Assembly: GCF_006345805.1 (NCBI RefSeq)
Contig: NC_042998.1
Coordinates: forward strand, 121,520,001-121,584,000
Reading direction: 5' to 3'
Source of the DNA: Octopus sinensis
Lineage: Eukaryota
Length of the DNA stretch: 64,000 bases
Under the pieces are notes generated by a model. The model was not told where the DNA came from and searched no databases. It was given only the letters and a program-made list of their open reading frames with translations. The position numbers and the translations under genes are program-made. Positions 38,379 to 54,192 of the stretch are shown here, piece after piece. How positions within the stretch are numbered: the stretch's first letter is position 1; every line of letters begins with the position of its first letter.

Positions 38379-41218
38379 TAGTGGCACCTTTATCATCGCT
38401 ACCTGTGGTCGACATTCTGGTGAAGGGGAAGATGTCGCGAGCCCTGGTGGACACGGGCTGTACAACGACCCTGATGACTACAGAAGTGGCAGAGACGTGG
38501 AGTGGAGGAAGCAGTGTTAGGGCAGTCGACGGAAGAGAAGTACACTGCGAAGGGGTTACGGATGCGCAGATTGTGGTGCAGGGACTACAGCTGACGTTGC
38601 GAGCGATTGTGGTTGGTCACTTGGTGGACGAGATTGACGTGGTAATGGGGATGGATGCAATCACCCGCTTGGGAAGTGTCACCGCCAACGAGGCTGGCGT
38701 AACGTTTGGGTTAGCGGGGAAACCGTGTAGGGCGAGACCGTGCACCGATGAGAACTGTGAGGAAAAGGATGCGGCGCACACCATTGAAGACCAGGATTTT
38801 CGGGCTGTCTTTGATGGCAAGAGGTGAACAGTGGAGTGGCACTGGAAGAGAGAGCCCCCGATGTTAAAGAATAAAGTGGGCTGCTATCAGCATACTATAA
38901 AAGGAGATGCCAGAAGTGAGTTCGAGGGGGAGGTGGAGCGGTGGATTAAGGAGAAAAGAAGAGAGCGGAGTCCTGCCACTGATGGCGGTGATACAGCCCA
39001 CAAAGCATAAGGTCAGGCCAGTGCTTGACTTCTGAGAGCTGAATGACCACGTGTCGTGTCATACAGGCGGCGAGGCCACGGATGTCTGCGGAGACACCTT
39101 GTGAGAGTGGAGGCAGACGATGGGGGCCTCCACGATTGTTGATTTGAAGTCGGCATACCTACAGGTGCATGTGGCTGAGAAATTATGGAAGTACCAGCTC
39201 GTCAGGTATAGGGGCTGGACGTACTGTCTGACCAGGTTGGGATTCGGGCTGAATTCAGCACCGAAGATTATGGCAACAATTCTCAAGGCCATCCTGGGGA
39301 AGGTGGACAGAGTAAAAAGGGCCACCAATTCATACATCGATGACATTCTGGTGGATGAAACCGTGATACCAGCAATGGAGGTCATAGGCCACCTGAAGAG
39401 TTTTGGACTGATCGCCAAGCCGCCAGAGGCTATGGAGGGAGGTGCTGCCCTGGGCCTCAAGCTATGGAGAGACAAGGCCGGCGCCTTGGTGTTCCGGTGA
39501 GGGAATGAGGTCCCTGAACTGGGCACCAGCATGAGTAGACGGGAACTGTTCTCTGTGTGTGGGAAGCTGGTGGGACACTACCCGATTGCAGGCTGGCTCC
39601 GGACAGCATGTAGCTTCATCAAGAGACGAGCCGAAGGAGTGAAGTGGAATGATAAAGTGGGGGAGAGGACGATCGACATGATGCAGGAAGTCTTGGTCAG
39701 AGTAGGAGCAGAGAACCCAGTGAGGTGCAGCTGGTATGTTCCCAAATCAAAGAGCGGGATTGTATGGTGTGACGCCAGTAGCATCGCAATAGGGGTTGTC
39801 TTGGAAGTGGGAGGTGTCACGGTGGAAAATGCAGCCTGGCTCAGGAAGATGGATGACTGCAATCATATCAACGTGGCGGAGTTGGATGCCGTGCTGAAGG
39901 GGGTGAACCTAGCCTTGAAGTGGGGGTTGCACACCATAGAAATCAGGACTGATTCGGCCACTGTACTTGGTTGGGCGACAGCAGTCATCACCGATGAGCG
40001 GAGGGTGCGGACCAAAGGGGCTGCAGAGATGCTGGTAAAGCGTCGATTAGGAATACTGCGTGAACTAACCACTGAGTTCAATCTGAAGCTGAGCGTGATC
40101 TTTGTGCCTTCCGAGAAGAACAGGGCAGACGTCCTGACCAGGGTAAAGCGAGCCTGGTTGCAGGTGCCAGAGGATGCGAAGCAGGCTCTAGCTGCAGTAT
40201 GCCGTCTGAGCGACTTGGAGTTACGGAGACTGCACACCATGCATCACATGGGTGTGGACAGGACATTGTTCCTAGCCAGAAAAGTTGACTCCGACGTAAC
40301 AAGACAGAGCGTGCAGAGAGTGGTTAGCAGTTGTGACAGGTGCCAGTCCATCGACCCTGCTCCGGTCGTGCATGAAGCGGGAAGTATTCCAGTGGACCAG
40401 GACTGGAAACGACTGGCGGTGGACATAACACACTACCGGCAGGGGACATACCTCTCAATCGTTGACTGCGGACCGGGGCGGTTGGCCATATGGAGGGAGA
40501 TGAAGTCGGGGACCGCAGAAGAAATTGTGAAAGTGTTGAATGAGATATTCCTGGAATGAGGCCCCGTGGATGAACTGCTTCTGGACAACGGCACTGCATT
40601 TCGCTCGGATGTGCTGAGAGAAATGCTTGATGAGTGGAAGGTCAATCGCTTCTTCAGGGCGGCATACCGGCCAAGTGGAAATGGGGTGGTGGAAAGGCAT
40701 CATCGTACCATCAAGGCCATGGCAGAGAGGGGTCACATTTCACCAGTCGAGGCCGTGTTTTGGTACAATATGTCGCCCAGATCAGGACAGGCTGAGGAGT
40801 CGGTGCCACACAGGGCAATATTCAGGTACGAGTGGAGGCATCCGTGTACTACATCAATGCGACCCGGGCAGAGGAAGAGCACGCCTTCGTGCAGGTCGGG
40901 GAGGAAGTCTGGGTAAAACCCCCAAACGCACGGTGTACATCGCAATGGGGAAAGGGGACAATAACCTCTGTAAATTCAAAGAATAACATCTCGGTCGATG
41001 GTATGCCATGCCACGTTTTGGACATACGGAGGATTGTCCATGCCCCAGAGGATGGGACCAGCAGCAGTGGGCAAGACGAAAACAACAGACAGGATGACGA
41101 GGCCGGCAGCAACACACCAGGAACAAGTCCTAGGGTCGCACTGCGACCACAGAGGGAGCGGCACCCTCCTCCCTGGTTGGCTGATTATGAAACCAGTTTC
41201 AGGTGCGGGAGCAAGTGA
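38327..41218 (+). pseudogene. pol: pol of the LTR element (aspartic protease, RT, RNase H, DDE integrase)
   Basis: PR ALVDTGC; RT VDLKSAYLQ...LGFGLNSAP...YIDDILV; RH WCDAS...HINVAELDAV...TDS; IN HHMG...CDRC, LAVDITHY, LDNGTAF, NGVVERHHRTIK. Five in-frame TGAs and frameshifts near 38960 and 40860. Confidence 0.92.
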
Positions 41219-42241
41219 GAAAGCCGGTTCAGTGATCTGTAGATCAGGGGGGCATGTGGTGTTGGTGAAAGAGTGTGACGGATAGGGGAGAGCGGAAGTA
41301 GGGCTCGCAGGGCGGAAGCAGGGCTTGCAGGGCACATGCGCGGCAGGAAGCGGAAGTGACAGGCAGAACGCACGTGTGGCATCGACAAGTTGCAGCAGAC
41401 ACGACGAAGGCACCAGACGATCGAGTTGGCTAAGAGGTATCCGAATTCATCTCCGACGAGGTAAGACCCAATTACATTTCCATTCTCCCTTTTTCTGTTG
41501 TACTCTTTTCATCGTTCACACTACATATTTCATCATCACTGTAACTCACTTCCATTATTAATTAGGTCACCTAGTTAACTGAAGCTGTCAACTATTTCTA
41601 TCTAGTAAGCCCTCCTGATATTTGACTGTTATATATTAAGAGAGCAGATTTACACGGAGTACAAAGGCACAGAAAACTAAGGGGAGAAGGTATGGTACTA
41701 CAGGTTTCATAGCTATTTCCGGGGGCTCAGAATTACATAATAATGTTGGCAGCTGAAGTTTGCACAAAGTCAAGAATGTGCAATGAGTAGCAGATGCATA
41801 TAAACATTTTAGTAAATCTGGCCTCCATCTTCAGGGTGGAGAGATTGACATCTGACATTTCCTGTCAATAGACTATGGCCATACTGGGGCACTACCTTCA
41901 AAATTATAAGCAATGGCATCAACCCTCGTACTTGACTGGTAATTGATCACAAAAAGAGAAAAATAAAAGATGAAGTTTATGTGGGCATAATTTGAACACA
42001 GAATGTAAAGGGACATAATCAAAAGTTATAAACATGCACTACCAATTTTGTCATCTGCTAGATATTTGTAGAAATGTAGAAATACTATACTTGCTGTATT
42101 GAAGACACTGTAGATGTTGTCAAATTGCTTTTCATAAATGGAACAAGGTGGGGATATTGTAAAGCATGGAGCCTCGTATTGTAAAATATTCCAACTTGTC
42201 CCCTAAAAGAGAATGATAAACATACATTTATAAATAACAGA

Positions 42242-42294
<53 letters not shown>

Positions 42295-42343
42295 TACACA
42301 CGTATGTATGTGTGTATGTATGCATGTATCTCTCTCTCTCTCT

Positions 42344-42379
<36 letters not shown>

Positions 42380-43329
42380 CAAATAAGAAAATGGAGAAAC
42401 GAAATTTAGTTTGCTCATCAACTTTCGGATATTAGAATGTTGGATTATTTATTCATTTAACAAAATGAGAACCTTAATAGCATACATATTATAAAAATCA
42501 TAATATAAATTATTGAAATCATTAAAATCACTTCTTACAGCTGTTTCAGCCTATGGTTAAAAGTAGTTATTTTAATTTTTATTGCCTATAATTGTTAATA
42601 CATTGAGGTTGTAGGCATTTAAAAATAGGGTACTTATATATATAACCATAGGCCTCATCAGAGGTTATAAGGCTGTATAAACCATGCAAGAACAGATGAT
42701 TGAGAGTGGTGTGGCCTCTGGACTTCCCAGCTCCTGTCAAACCTTCCTATTCATGGCAACATAGAAAAACAGACATTAAATAATGATGATAGTGATGATG
42801 ATGAGGATGATGAACTCACACAATAAAATCCTAATTTTTCTTTGCATCTATTCACAATTCTCTTTAAACCTGATAACAAATTTCACACTATATGGAATAG
42901 TACAGTTGCTATACTACTCTTTTTTAAGTAGAAAAGAAACCTTTCGTATGGATTGTATGCTGCACCTACCACACAATTCTGCATTGAACATTGACAAATG
43001 CTCCTGTTTCTCTTCTGTACTTACATACTTCTACATTACAAGAAGTAAGCAAATGCTTTTTTGACAGGTTTTAGTTGGCATGATAAAATGTATTCTCTAA
43101 TACTTCCAGTTACGAAGAGATAAATATGAGCTGGAGCTAGTCAGGTCATGTAAATCTAAGTAGGGAAACTTTATTTGATTACACTCTTGATGAAGTTTGC
43201 ATAAGCTTAGTCTATATTAACTATTTATTTTATTTGAATGAAATTGTTATTGTGTTGGAATGAACAATCTTTTTTATTCTATATTCTTGTATCATTTAAC
43301 TTATTTTATCTATCAATATTTATGTATGG

Positions 43330-43545
43330 TTAAGGTGGCAAGGTGGCAGAAATTATTAGCATGCCAAGCAAAATGCTTAACAGTATTTTGTCTGTCTTTA
43401 TGTTTTGAGTTCAAATTCTGCTGAGGCTGACTTTTACTTTCATCCTTTCAGGATCAATAAAATAAGAACTTGTTGAGCATTGAGGTTGATTTAATTGACT
43501 TGCCCACTTCCCCAAAATTGCTACCTTTGTGCCAAAATTTGAAAT
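43330..43545 (+). mobile_element. Second tRNA-derived SINE family (other pieces at about 8550-8670, 24520-24660, 29820-29970, 48470-48700)
   Basis: ggcagaa..ttagcatgcc..gcaaaatgctta...tgagttcaaattc...gactttgcctttcatcc motif recurs. Confidence 0.7.
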
Positions 43546-44225
43546 CTATATTTATACATGTTATGCTGTGATATGAGCTTTCTATGATGTTAGGCAATAT
43601 TTCCATGAACTTAAAACAGCCCAGTAACAAATGTTACTAGAAATCTGTGTGATTTCTATAAATATTGTTATAAGATACTGCAATCAAATGCCTTACCTCC
43701 TTCCTACCCCTGAAAAATTGTACAAACCACATGCTCACAAAAACTATTGCAGCTTGTGTGGAGAAGTGGATGAGGGGCTTTTATTTTTTAGTAGGCCTTG
43801 ATCATACTCTGCATCAGTTTATGCATAGTGCTGGTGAATTATTTCCTTGTTGGTTTTAAATTGCTGCTAGCCACCTTCATTTTTTTATCATTTTCACATT
43901 GCCATTTTGTGAAATCAGTCACTGATTCCAATGGCATTCTCCATTATATTGACAGGGTGAGTTGGCCTCTACCAGCTGTGATGGCGTGAGCATTACTGAT
44001 GAGTATTAATTTCCCATACGAAATTAGTATGCTAATCTATTGCATCTCGCTCAGAGTGGGGAGGATTTTCTTCCCTGTCAATACAAAGAGACCATGTGGC
44101 TTTTGTGGCTAAAGGAATCTACAACTTCTATTTCTAGCAATGCTGGTGCTCACTGCTCCCTCGTCATTCTTAGTGATGGTGAATTATTTCCTTGTTGGTC
44201 TTAAATTGCTGCTAGCCACCTAGAT

Positions 44226-44268
<43 letters not shown>

Positions 44269-44269
<1 letters not shown>

Positions 44270-44780
44270 CTATATATATAAAACTCTAGTTGTGTGAGTG
44301 TCTGTCCCCTTCGATTTAGATTCCTAACTCCTCCCACATTTTGCGGTGTAGTTTAACCAAATTTGGGTATCTTATAGTCGTGATTCATATCGAGCCCGTC
44401 TGGCTATTAGCGCGCGTCTACGATGAGTCTACAATTTTAAAAATAATTTAACATCATTTTTTATTCCATTTTAATGCATAATTTTTCATGTGTCGATGGC
44501 GGTGGAGTTGGCGTCCACGCTCACAGCTGCACCTGTTTGCTTCTCCCCCTTCCCTCCCTCGTGAAGCTGTGGGGAAGGGAGTGTAAAGAAATCAACGTCG
44601 TAATGCGTTGTCAAGGAGACCAGCGTTCTTTTAGAACAACGACTTCATGGCTTGAAGACACCAAAACAGAAATGGCTAAGAAAGCCCGAATTGGCATCTA
44701 TAAGGGAAGTAACTCTCTAAAAATGCGCTTATATAGTTATTTCCCTTACAAACCTGAACAACGCCGGGCGATACTGCTAG
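44269..44780 (+). mobile_element. Non-autonomous Helitron
   Basis: 5' TC start, gtgtgagtgtctgtc motif, CpG-rich body, 3' GC-rich cgccgggcg followed by CTAG; inserted between A and T. Confidence 0.7.
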
Positions 44781-44789
44781 TATATATAT

Positions 44790-45072
44790 ATAATAATAAT
44801 AATAATAATGAAATTATTGTATACAGTGCTCAGGTGCACCACAACTTGTCAGAAAGTGCATATAAAGTACATGCAGTAATGTAAAAATGTCTGGAAAGCG
44901 AACAATGTATGAGTCAGATACATGCTTGTGTGTGTATGGAGGGAAGAAAATCAGGTGTAGTGTTGGTGAATCTCAGAAAGCATGGAAGTTTTGAAGGATG
45001 CAGTGCTCCGACAACTAACAACTGATGCCGGCAGTTTGTTCCATGCTTCAGCAACTCTCAGCGTGAAAAAAG
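44790..45072 (-). mobile_element. CR1-clade LINE 3' end
   Basis: FFTLRVAEAWNKLPASVV...SFKTSM on -, with a (TTA)n-type tail near 44790-44810. Confidence 0.75.
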
Positions 45073-45074
45073 AG

Positions 45075-45700
45075 GAGTATAATAACAGCTAGGTTAGCAG
45101 AGTAACAAATACTAGGGAGACCATCGTATAGACTGCTCTAATGGAGACCAATGAGGAAGGCAGCAGCACCACCAGCAACAAGGGTGAGGAAGATGATTTC
45201 TTCAGCAACATCACTTGGTTCTGGGAGAGTAGGAGTCACAGGTCACTGAAATCCAAGGCACAGAACTTGGTGAAGACCTAGCTGGAGGTCATCTCAAAGG
45301 AGATCCTGACTGAAGTTGCTTGGGTGAGCAGGTCTTGATCGACCTGTTCGCCATGTATAACACTGCCATCCCATCCAGTGCTGCAGTTGAGTGCCTGCAC
45401 TCTATAGGCAAAGATATTTTGAGGGCCAAGAGAGCCACCCTGTCTGATGGCAACTTTGAGAGGCTGATGTTTATGAAGGGCAACCAGCATCATGTTGAGG
45501 TGATGGAGAAGACCCATCCGGAGTAGTACACCTTGATCATCTGATCTTGGCATGATACCTATGCTATACTATACCTTTTTGATTTGTTTAATGCTTTTTG
45601 TACAGTAAATAAAGTGTATGTTGACTGAAAAGCTAATGTTTAATTTCATTTGTTCATTTAATTATTTGCATACATATTGATCATCATCTGATCTTGGCAT
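45075..45700 (+). mobile_element. hAT transposase C-terminal dimerisation-domain remnant
   Basis: YNTAIPSSAAVECLHSIGKDILRAKRATLSDGNFERLMFMKGN. Confidence 0.85.
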
Positions 45701-46190
45701 GCTATACCTTTCTGGAAAGCTCTGTGTCTAAGCTACAACATGAAAATTTCAGCTTTCTAGGTCTGTTTTTGTGGGGTTTTAGAGCCAAAAAACCAAACCC
45801 AATATACCACAGTACTATGAATAAAAAGTTTGGAAAATATTTACTTCAATGCTCTACAGGTTCCAGCCATTTCAAATTTTAGAATTGATATTGGTGTGAA
45901 CTGAACATAGATGGCTAAACCATACCTCCTTCCTGAATAAATGAGTCTCATTAGAACCCAACATCATTTAGTGGACTACCACTCTATACTAGAATGAAGA
46001 AAGCAAAATTGAATCTTCCTCAACACCAACTTTCTGCTGTCCTTGCAGAATTTGAGCCTTGAGCTAAGACAAAATAAAACTAGATACTGAAAATTATTAT
46101 GATCTATCATTCTGCAGTTTGAACCATTTCTATGATCTCTCTCTTGTATTCTAAACTGTACTCATATAAATAATAATGAAAATAACATAC

Positions 46191-46500
46191 GTTAATACAA
46201 AGTATATACAAGTCACAGGTTCTCTTTGTCGAATAAGAATTTCATCATAACTCAGTACAATTTTGTAAACTGCCATTGCTAGCTGATGTCTGTATTTGTG
46301 TGACCAACCCCAAAACAAGGGATGTGCACAAATGAATGCAATCTTTTGTTGAAATTCCCATGTCAAGACATCTTTCACTGATCTCTCATATAAGGCTTTT
46401 GCAACTACCATTAAATCTGTTATTTCATCTGCAATCACTGTTGCTGTCCGGATAGAATCTGTTGACAATAATGCCACTTCTCCAAATGGATCACCAGGAA
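46191..46500 (-). CDS. Tandem-CNBD protein, coding exon 4 (phosphate-binding cassette of CNBD-A, start of CNBD-B)
   Basis: PGDPFGEVALLSTDSIRTATVIADEITDL...HPLFWGW...YDEILIRQREPVTCIYFVLT. Donor GTATGT; phases 1 and 2. Confidence 0.95.
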
Positions 46501-46584
46501 CTTAAATGAGAGAGAAAGAAATATACATATAGTGATTAACAAAAACATTGTGTGTGTAACAGCAGCAGCAGCAGCAGCAGTAGC

Positions 46585-46624
<40 letters not shown>

Positions 46625-47565
46625 AACCTTCTCTATGCATTGTAGGAGGACATGATACTCCAACAGAGTATTCTTGGCTAGAGTTGTTGATCAGCTAAAC
46701 ATAGCTATACTTTGAATAGATGCAACGGTAACATTTAATGAAGGAGAGCCAGTGTGACAGCTTCTAAAGCAAAGACTTGATTTCTTTTAATGTATCATCC
46801 AAATCTATTTCATCTAAACACAACAGTATCTATTAATGTAGAGACCATTTGATTAAAGTCTTAATTATCCATAATTTTGGAACATGATCGATTCGCAAAT
46901 TACAGTACTAAAATATGGATTGCACAGCCTCTAGTTATTAGCTAAGTTCAGACCATTTAAAAAAGAAATACCATATTTTTCTGAGTATTACTTTCCAAAC
47001 TGAGTTAACAAGAGTTTATTACTTTATACAATTGTCTAATACTACGAGCTGAAGTAAAGCACTCTTTACAAGAAACTCAGCCTGTAAGAAATAGTAGTTC
47101 TATCTCCTAAGATTACCCTCTACTGTTTTAAAAAAAGTGACAGACACGTTGGATAAAGCAATTCTAGATATGCTTTATCCAAATAGAAGACAAAAGGGCT
47201 GCAGCTGGAATTACTTTGAATACAGGTAGGGACAATGAGACTTGGATTAAGTAATATTTGTTCAACACTATCATACCACAGTTAAGTTGATAATCAGAGT
47301 TGTAATTGTGTATTTTAAATGTTTGGCGAAGCTGGTGGCAGTGATGATGTAGCATTGATCTAACCAGTATCATCATTCTCATCAGCACTATTATCAACGT
47401 CAAAATCATCATCAGCACCTTTGCTTTTGTTGTTATTATTATCATTGCCATCATCATAATTCTCACTATAGTCACAGAAACTCTGAAGAATACATGTTCA
47501 TATAGTTTTTAAAAATCTCTGAAAATGTGAACATAACTAAGAAATATTTCTATTCAACAACTTAC

Positions 47566-47711
47566 CAAGATTGCATACAAAATTGCCCAGTTTACTTCTA
47601 TCAAGCTCTTGTTTGTCATTTTTCAGATCAGCTTCTGATAACTTGGTAATTTTTTCATCTTCTTTGCTTAAATTGTAGATAGTCACTTTTCCACGAAGAA
47701 TAATATAGAAG
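47566..47711 (-). CDS. Tandem-CNBD protein, coding exon 3
   Basis: FYIILRGKVTIY...LGNFVCNL (CNBD beta strands). Long pyrimidine tract + tag acceptor; donor GTAAGT; phases 2 and 1. Confidence 0.92.
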
Positions 47712-48123
47712 CTATATACAAAAATACAAAAATGGAAAATATACAATTTTATTTTGAGCTTTACTAAAAGGTAAACCAGCAAAACTAAGTGAAAATAAGA
47801 AATATTATCATCAGAATAAATAAACATATCAATAAATAAACAAACCTTAACACATATAAACTTATTACATAAATATCTTCCTTACAAACATGAAAGTGCA
47901 TACATGCATACATGCACACACACACACACACACAATGAAACCTCATATTATTACACACTTTTAAGCTTTAGTGAGAAATTATTGGAAATATATATTTTTT
48001 AATGTAAAATTAAATAAGCATAAGTTGAATTAAAAAGATGGGAAAGGCAGGACAAGACCAGAGAGAAGAGGAAACATGAAAAACAGTCATTGAAGAGGTT
48101 ACAGGATGTGTGATAAAAGAACT

Positions 48124-48156
<33 letters not shown>

Positions 48157-48717
48157 CCTTTCTACTAAAGCAAGGTTTGGTGAACCAAGGTAAATTATCC
48201 CAAGTGGGGGTCAAAATGAAATTCTTGTGGGTAATGAGGACTTACTAGACATAAGTAAAATTATATAAAAATGTGTTCCTTGTTACGACAGAAATTTTTC
48301 TTCTGGCAACACTGTATCTGTCCAATGTAAATGATGTGAAAATAGATTTATATAAATATTTTCAATAAAATAGATTCAATAAACCTTTTGAATTCAATTT
48401 TGAATTTCTTCCTTTCAAATCAAGTGGGTAACATCAGTGTAAATAAATATATTTTGAAGCAATTGGTTAAAAAAGTTCCCTGACTTCTATACTAAAAGCA
48501 AAGGGTCTGAAATTTTTGGGGAAGGGACTAGCCAATTACATTGACCCCAGGGTTTCCCTGGTGCTTAATTTATCGACCCCAAAAGGGTGAAAAGCAAAGT
48601 TGACCTTGACAGAATTTGAACTCATGACATACAGACAGACGAAATGCCATTCAGCATTTTGCCTGGTGTGCTAATGATTCTGCCAGCTCACTGCCTGGAT
48701 AATGATAATGATAATAG

Positions 48718-48949
<232 letters not shown>

Positions 48950-49019
48950 GTTTGGGCATCCTGGATATCAGGAGAGGTATTATCTCCATTGCTTTTTGTT
49001 CTTTGTATGATCCCTCTGA

Positions 49020-50285
49020 TCTTTGTACTGAGGAAAATGTGCAGAGAACAGCTGCTGTCACATTCCAGGGAGAAAAACTATAAGTAGTTGATAGCTTCCA
49101 TTACCTAGGCGACCAAGTAAGTAGCGGGGGTGGATGCTCTGAAAGTGTAGCTGCTAGAATAAGAATAGCCTGAGCAAATTTCAGAGAGCTCCTATCTCTA
49201 CTGGTGACAAAGAGCCTTTTGCTCAGAGTAAAAGTTAGACTGTATGATGCATGTGTACAAACAGCCATGCTACATGGCAGTGAAACATGGACCATGACTG
49301 CTGAGGACATGCGTAAGCTTGCAAGGAATGAAGCCAGCATGCTCCCCTGGATGTGTAATGTCAGTGTGCATACACGACAGAGTGTAAGTACCTTGAAAGA
49401 AAAATTGGACTTAAGAAGCATCAGATGTGGTGTGCAAAAGAGACGACTGTGCTGGTATGGTCATGTGTTGTGTAGGGATGTTGACAGCTGTGTGAAAAAG
49501 TGTCACACCATAGCAGCTGAGGGATCCTGTGGAAGAGGCAGACCCAGGAAGACCTAGGATGAGGTGGTAAAGCATGACCTTCATACATTGGGCCTCACCG
49601 AGGCAATGACTAGTGACCGAGACCTTTGGAGATATGCTGTGCTTGAAAAGACCCACCAAGTCAAATGAGACCATAACCCGTGACCTATGCCAGTGGTGTA
49701 TAACCAGCCCACTTATGAGTACCCTTCATTCATTGAACAATAAACTGTGCTTGCAAAGACCTGTTGAGGCAAGTGAAACCAAAATTGCTGATGTGGCTGA
49801 TGACAGTACTGCCTGATTGGCATTCATGCTAGTGGAACGTTAAAAGCACCATCCGAGCATGACTGTTGCCAGGGCCGCTAACTGGCTCCCATGCTGGTGG
49901 CATGTAAAAAGCACCATTCAAGCGTGATCATTGCCAGCGTCGCCTTATTGGCATATGTGCTCGTGACACATGAAATACAACTTTCAAGCATGGTTGTAGC
50001 TAGTGTCACCGGACTGGCTCCTGTGCAGATGGCACATAAAAAACACCTTTTGAGCATGGTCGTTGCTAATACCGCCTGACTGGCCCTCGAGCTGGTTGCA
50101 CGTAAAAGCACCCACCACACTCTTGGAGTGGTTGGTGTTAGGAAGGGCATCCGGCTGTAGAAACTTTGCCAGATCAGATTGGAGTCTAATGCAGCCTTTT
50201 GGCTCAGTCCTCAGTCAAACCATCCAACCCATGCCAGCATGGAAAGCAGACATTAAACGTCGATGATGATGATGATGATGATTGC
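49020..50285 (+). mobile_element. RTE LINE 3' fragment
   Basis: LHGSETW...RLCWYGHVL...GRGRPRKT; 3' UTR ending in (GAT)n. Confidence 0.9.
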
Positions 50286-51496
50286 CTTCAAAGTATTCTC
50301 CAGATGCAATTTCCACTGTTCAAAGCAGTCCTAGAACTCTTGCAAAGTGATACTTTTTAACTCCTTCATTGCTTTTTCTTTACCTCTTCCACATCTGAAA
50401 AACATTTTCCTTTAAGGACGTTTTTCATTTGGGGGAACAAAACAAAGCCACAGGGAGTAAGATCGGATGAATAGGATGGGAAAATAAGTGGAGTCATGCC
50501 ATTTTTGGTCAAAAAGTGTCTCACACACAAGGTGGTGTGAGCAAGCACATTGTCATGATGAAACTATCACTCTCCACTTTTCCACAGGTTGGGGCATTTT
50601 CATCTCACTGTGTCTTGCGAAAACTTCAGAACTGTCAAGTAACATGTCTGGTTAACAGTTTGACCAGATGGAACAAATTCTGTCTGGACAATTCCTTTCG
50701 CATCAATGAAACAAACCAGCAGCATCTTGACATTGGACTTCACTTGACATGCATTTTGGGGGCATGGTGACATTGAATACTGCTATTGACTTGATTGCTG
50801 CTTCGTTTCCTGGTCATAGCCATAGCACCAGCTTTTGTCACCAGTGATGATCTTCAAAAACAGGTCTAGGTTAACTTCTAACTGTGTTTTCAGTTCATGA
50901 CATGAATTCAGTTGTGACTGCTTTTGATCTTCTGTGAGCAAGCGAGGCACAAATTTTGCTGCAACTTCTTTCATTTGCAATTCCTCTCTCAAAAGTTGTT
51001 GGCAGGAGCTCCAAGACATGGCAGTCATATCAACAAGTTTGTCAATTGTTCAGTGACTGTCCTCCAAGATCAGTTCATGAATTTTCATGATGTTTTCATT
51101 TGTTTGGGAGGTTGATTATCACCCTGAACAAGATTAATCTTCAAGCGACAAGTGATCATTCCTAAAGCTTGTAAGCTTGTGTTTTGCTCATGGCAGTGTC
51201 TTTGTAAGCTGTTTGAAGCATGACATCTGTTTCAGCTGCTGTTTTCCCCAGTGAAAAACAGAATTTCATGGAAGCATGCTGTTCCTTTGTTTCAGCCATT
51301 GTAAAAATCAATGAACAGGGGAAAAGCACTGTAAAACAAAGATGCACTAAGTGGTAGTACGATTTCACCCTCCACCACCGGTCAACAAACTGATGTCTGA
51401 GGGTCACATTAAATGGCTTCTAGCAGTGGAAGCCTGAACTACACTGGGATTGTCTAACAGAAAACATTCCTGGTTACTTTTGAGTACTCCCTCGTA
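50285..51496 (-). mobile_element. mariner element remnant
   Basis: MKFCFSLGKTAAET, KFVPRLLTEDQK, ITGDKSWCYGYD, YSSDLTPC; TIR tacgagggagtactcaaaagt on - at 51496. Confidence 0.9.
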
Positions 51497-51571
51497 TGTA
51501 TGTAAGCATGTATGTATGTATGTGTGCATGCGTGCATGCATGTGTGTGTTTGTGTGTGTGTGTGTGTGTGT

Positions 51572-53867
<2,296 letters not shown>

Positions 53868-53902
53868 TATATATATATTATATATGTATATATATATGTA
53901 TG

Positions 53903-53996
<94 letters not shown>

Positions 53997-54005
53997 GTGT
54001 ATATA

Positions 54006-54061
<56 letters not shown>

Positions 54062-54104
54062 ATATATATATGCAAATGTATGAGTATCTGTGTAATTTTC
54101 TTAC

Positions 54105-54192
54105 CATTCTCCTTGGTCTCCCTGTAAAATTATTACATCATCTGCCTTTTTAGATACAAAATCACAGTTTTGAAGTATGTCTTGTAATATCT
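54105..54192 (-). CDS. Tandem-CNBD protein, coding exon 2
   Basis: Acceptor cccattttcag. [30 protein letters not shown] contains the CNBD 'VIIxQGDxG' motif. Donor GTAAGA; phases 1 and 2. Confidence 0.88.

Larger units (their letters stand above)
37296..41525 (+). mobile_element. Full-length LTR retrotransposon (gag-PR-RT-RH-IN order), inactivated
   Basis: Direct LTRs 37296-37566 and 41255-41525 (271 bp, TG...CA, 9 differences counted by eye). TSD TATTT on both sides; PPT AGGGGGG at 41246-41252. It splits an older RTE remnant (36940-37290 continues at 41531). Confidence 0.97.

Noticed and set aside
37595-41413. Overlapping antisense and alternative-frame ORFs inside the LTR element
   Set aside because: Expected by-products of GC-rich gag/pol sequence; no domain motifs. 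No env-like or tyrosine-recombinase ORF was seen.
43697-45932. Microexon-like AG/GT-flanked segments on - (43697-43709, 13 nt; 45926-45932, 7 nt)
   Set aside because: Neither alone nor together is a multiple of 3, so they would break the CNBD frame; the shared GAAGGAG|GT looks repeat-derived.
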